A stretch of DNA of 64,000 bases from Bugula neritina (Eukaryota; Animalia; Bryozoa). Position 1 is the stretch's first letter. Every line of letters starts with the position of its first letter. This document shows positions 62,601-64,000 of the stretch, one piece after another. The translations under genes were made by a program, and so were the position numbers. The notes under the pieces were generated by a model. The model had not been told where the DNA came from, did not search any database, and worked only from the letters and a program-made list of their open reading frames with translations. The stretch covers positions 23,824,628 through 23,888,627 of the forward strand of contig OZ037767.1 of assembly GCA_964035545.1 (NCBI GenBank), in the 5' to 3' direction.

Positions 62601-63965
62601 ATCAGTTAAATTTGGTTATTTTTTCTATACACACATACATACATAGGCCACAAAACAGGGGTCCAAGCCCTTCTCCTGACTTATAGAATTGCATGAGAAA
62701 AGCATCCGTGAGCTACGGAGGGAGCACTGTAGTATATAAACCATTATATCAATATATACAGACTATCTTAGATATTACACTGTATTAGAACAGCAGTTAA
62801 GGGTAAAGGCTCAAGCAGTCTAGTTACAACAAGTATCAACATTTATCATGAAATATCAAATTAATTTACCGCTTTAAGTTTCAAATTCATGCTGATTGAA
62901 AATGATATTTCTACAAATTAAACTTGCACATTATGAATTAAACTCCGATGTTTGATACTTATGCAATATGTACATAATGTCTGATGCTATCAACTAAGCT
63001 GAAACTTTAGAATTCTAATGTTGAGTAAACATTTGCTTTACACGGGATCACAAGCAAATCTGCAGGTTTGTTTTTGATCAAAAATTATAAAGAGTAAAAT
63101 AAACGTGAGGGCCTACAGCACTCCAACAAAGTAGACAACCATAAGTGTGTTTATATGATATGCATAGTTCACACAAACACTAAAATGCCTGTATACACAT
63201 GTAACTAGCATACACTACCTGTATAGACATATAACTAGTACACATATACCTGTACAAATTTACACTTACCTGGCCTCTCAGGTATCTGTTTACTCTCCTG
63301 GTAAGTCATTGGCTCATCATCTTCAAACACCCATCTTCTCTTGTTTCTCTCTCTGACTGAACTCTCCACGGCATTCTGGGACATGACCAACTGGCCCGCT
63401 CTGCGATTACTGACGACCTTATTCTTTTTCGGAGGCTACAGTTTATACACAGTCGCATGTAAATTAAATTGTATAGAGTGGAAAACTATAAATTTGTTAG
63501 GTAGATGTGTTTTTTTAAATACTAGAGAATATTAGGTTGGCATTATTTTGTCATATTGGTCCCACAACCCATAAGAATTCAAAGAGCATTTCCTAGCACT
63601 TGCCGTCACGTGTCAAACAGTATTTAACCTGGCATATGAGTAAGATACAAATAACCACTAAATGCTATTTGTCTAAAATTGATTTATCCACAAAAATATA
63701 TGGTATTATTTTTGCAATAAAATGGCAAATTATTACCACAGCAGTGACCAAGCTTCTTAACCTGTGTATGTCTGTGATACAATAAGTTATGATATAACCT
63801 CAATGACTTTGAACACATGGTATGCACCATCAAACATAATATGATATGAGATGTATGGTGTAGCAATAGACGAAGCATGTTTGACCTGTACCTGTGGAGC
63901 CTGTCTTGCATCAATATTCGCATAGTTTAGTGTTTGGGCAGCTCTTACTTCTGGCAGAGTAACAA
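59622..63965 (-). CDS. Uncharacterised protein with a C-terminal EF-hand-like region; the 5' end runs off the window
   Basis: In-frame exons at about 63965-63892, 63435-63270, 62485-62290, 61222-61107, 61030-60981, 60856-60810, 60581-60542, 60445-60326, 60149-60055, 59922-59622. C-terminus DFRCFSLLVALSQRI...ELKAGGIS...LDFLDFLTYIPLFIFIHKSVVGNPL. Confidence 0.75.
62030..62252. repeat. Higher-order tandem repeat: 88-bp period built from ~17-18-bp subunits (catacagagt...catgg)
   Basis: 62061-62148 repeats at 62149-62236; it explains the overlapping ORFs at 61970-62262. Confidence 0.9.
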
Positions 63966-64000
63966 CTGGAATGTGTAAATAAGACACTTTTGTTTACTAT

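Overview
AT-rich, intron-rich genomic DNA from an animal, probably an invertebrate. It is not prokaryotic, and most entries in the ORF track are single exons or repeat artefacts. Splicing by hand gives ten protein-coding genes. In order: (1) the 3' end of C11orf65/MFI (+); then about 11 kb with no coding exon; (2) a cytosolic-type sulfotransferase with an unusual MGCxxS N-terminus (+); (3, 4) two tandem PLP-dependent serine/aspartate racemase paralogues (-); (5) a hidden 10-exon, highly divergent KsgA/TFB1M/TFB2M-like gene (-) whose ORF begins within 85 nt of the PHB2 stop codon; (6) PHB2 (-), head-to-head with (7) DAXX (+); (8) DNAJC16 (+); (9) FUBP1/KHSRP-like (+); (10) the 3' part of an uncharacterised EF-hand-like gene (-). 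The window also holds three copies of a tRNA-derived SINE, a second dispersed repeat family and many intronic tandem repeats. The most notable observations are: an apparent bicistronic or operon-like PHB2 to TFB-like unit with a small ORF whose stop overlaps the downstream start (ATGA); racemase paralogues that differ in the Asp/Ser specificity loop (SSC vs SPY) against patchy gene conversion; a structured 3'UTR cassette exon in FUBP that would act as an NMD switch; and recurrent tandem duplication of splice sites. Family assignments come from recalled motifs, not database searches.
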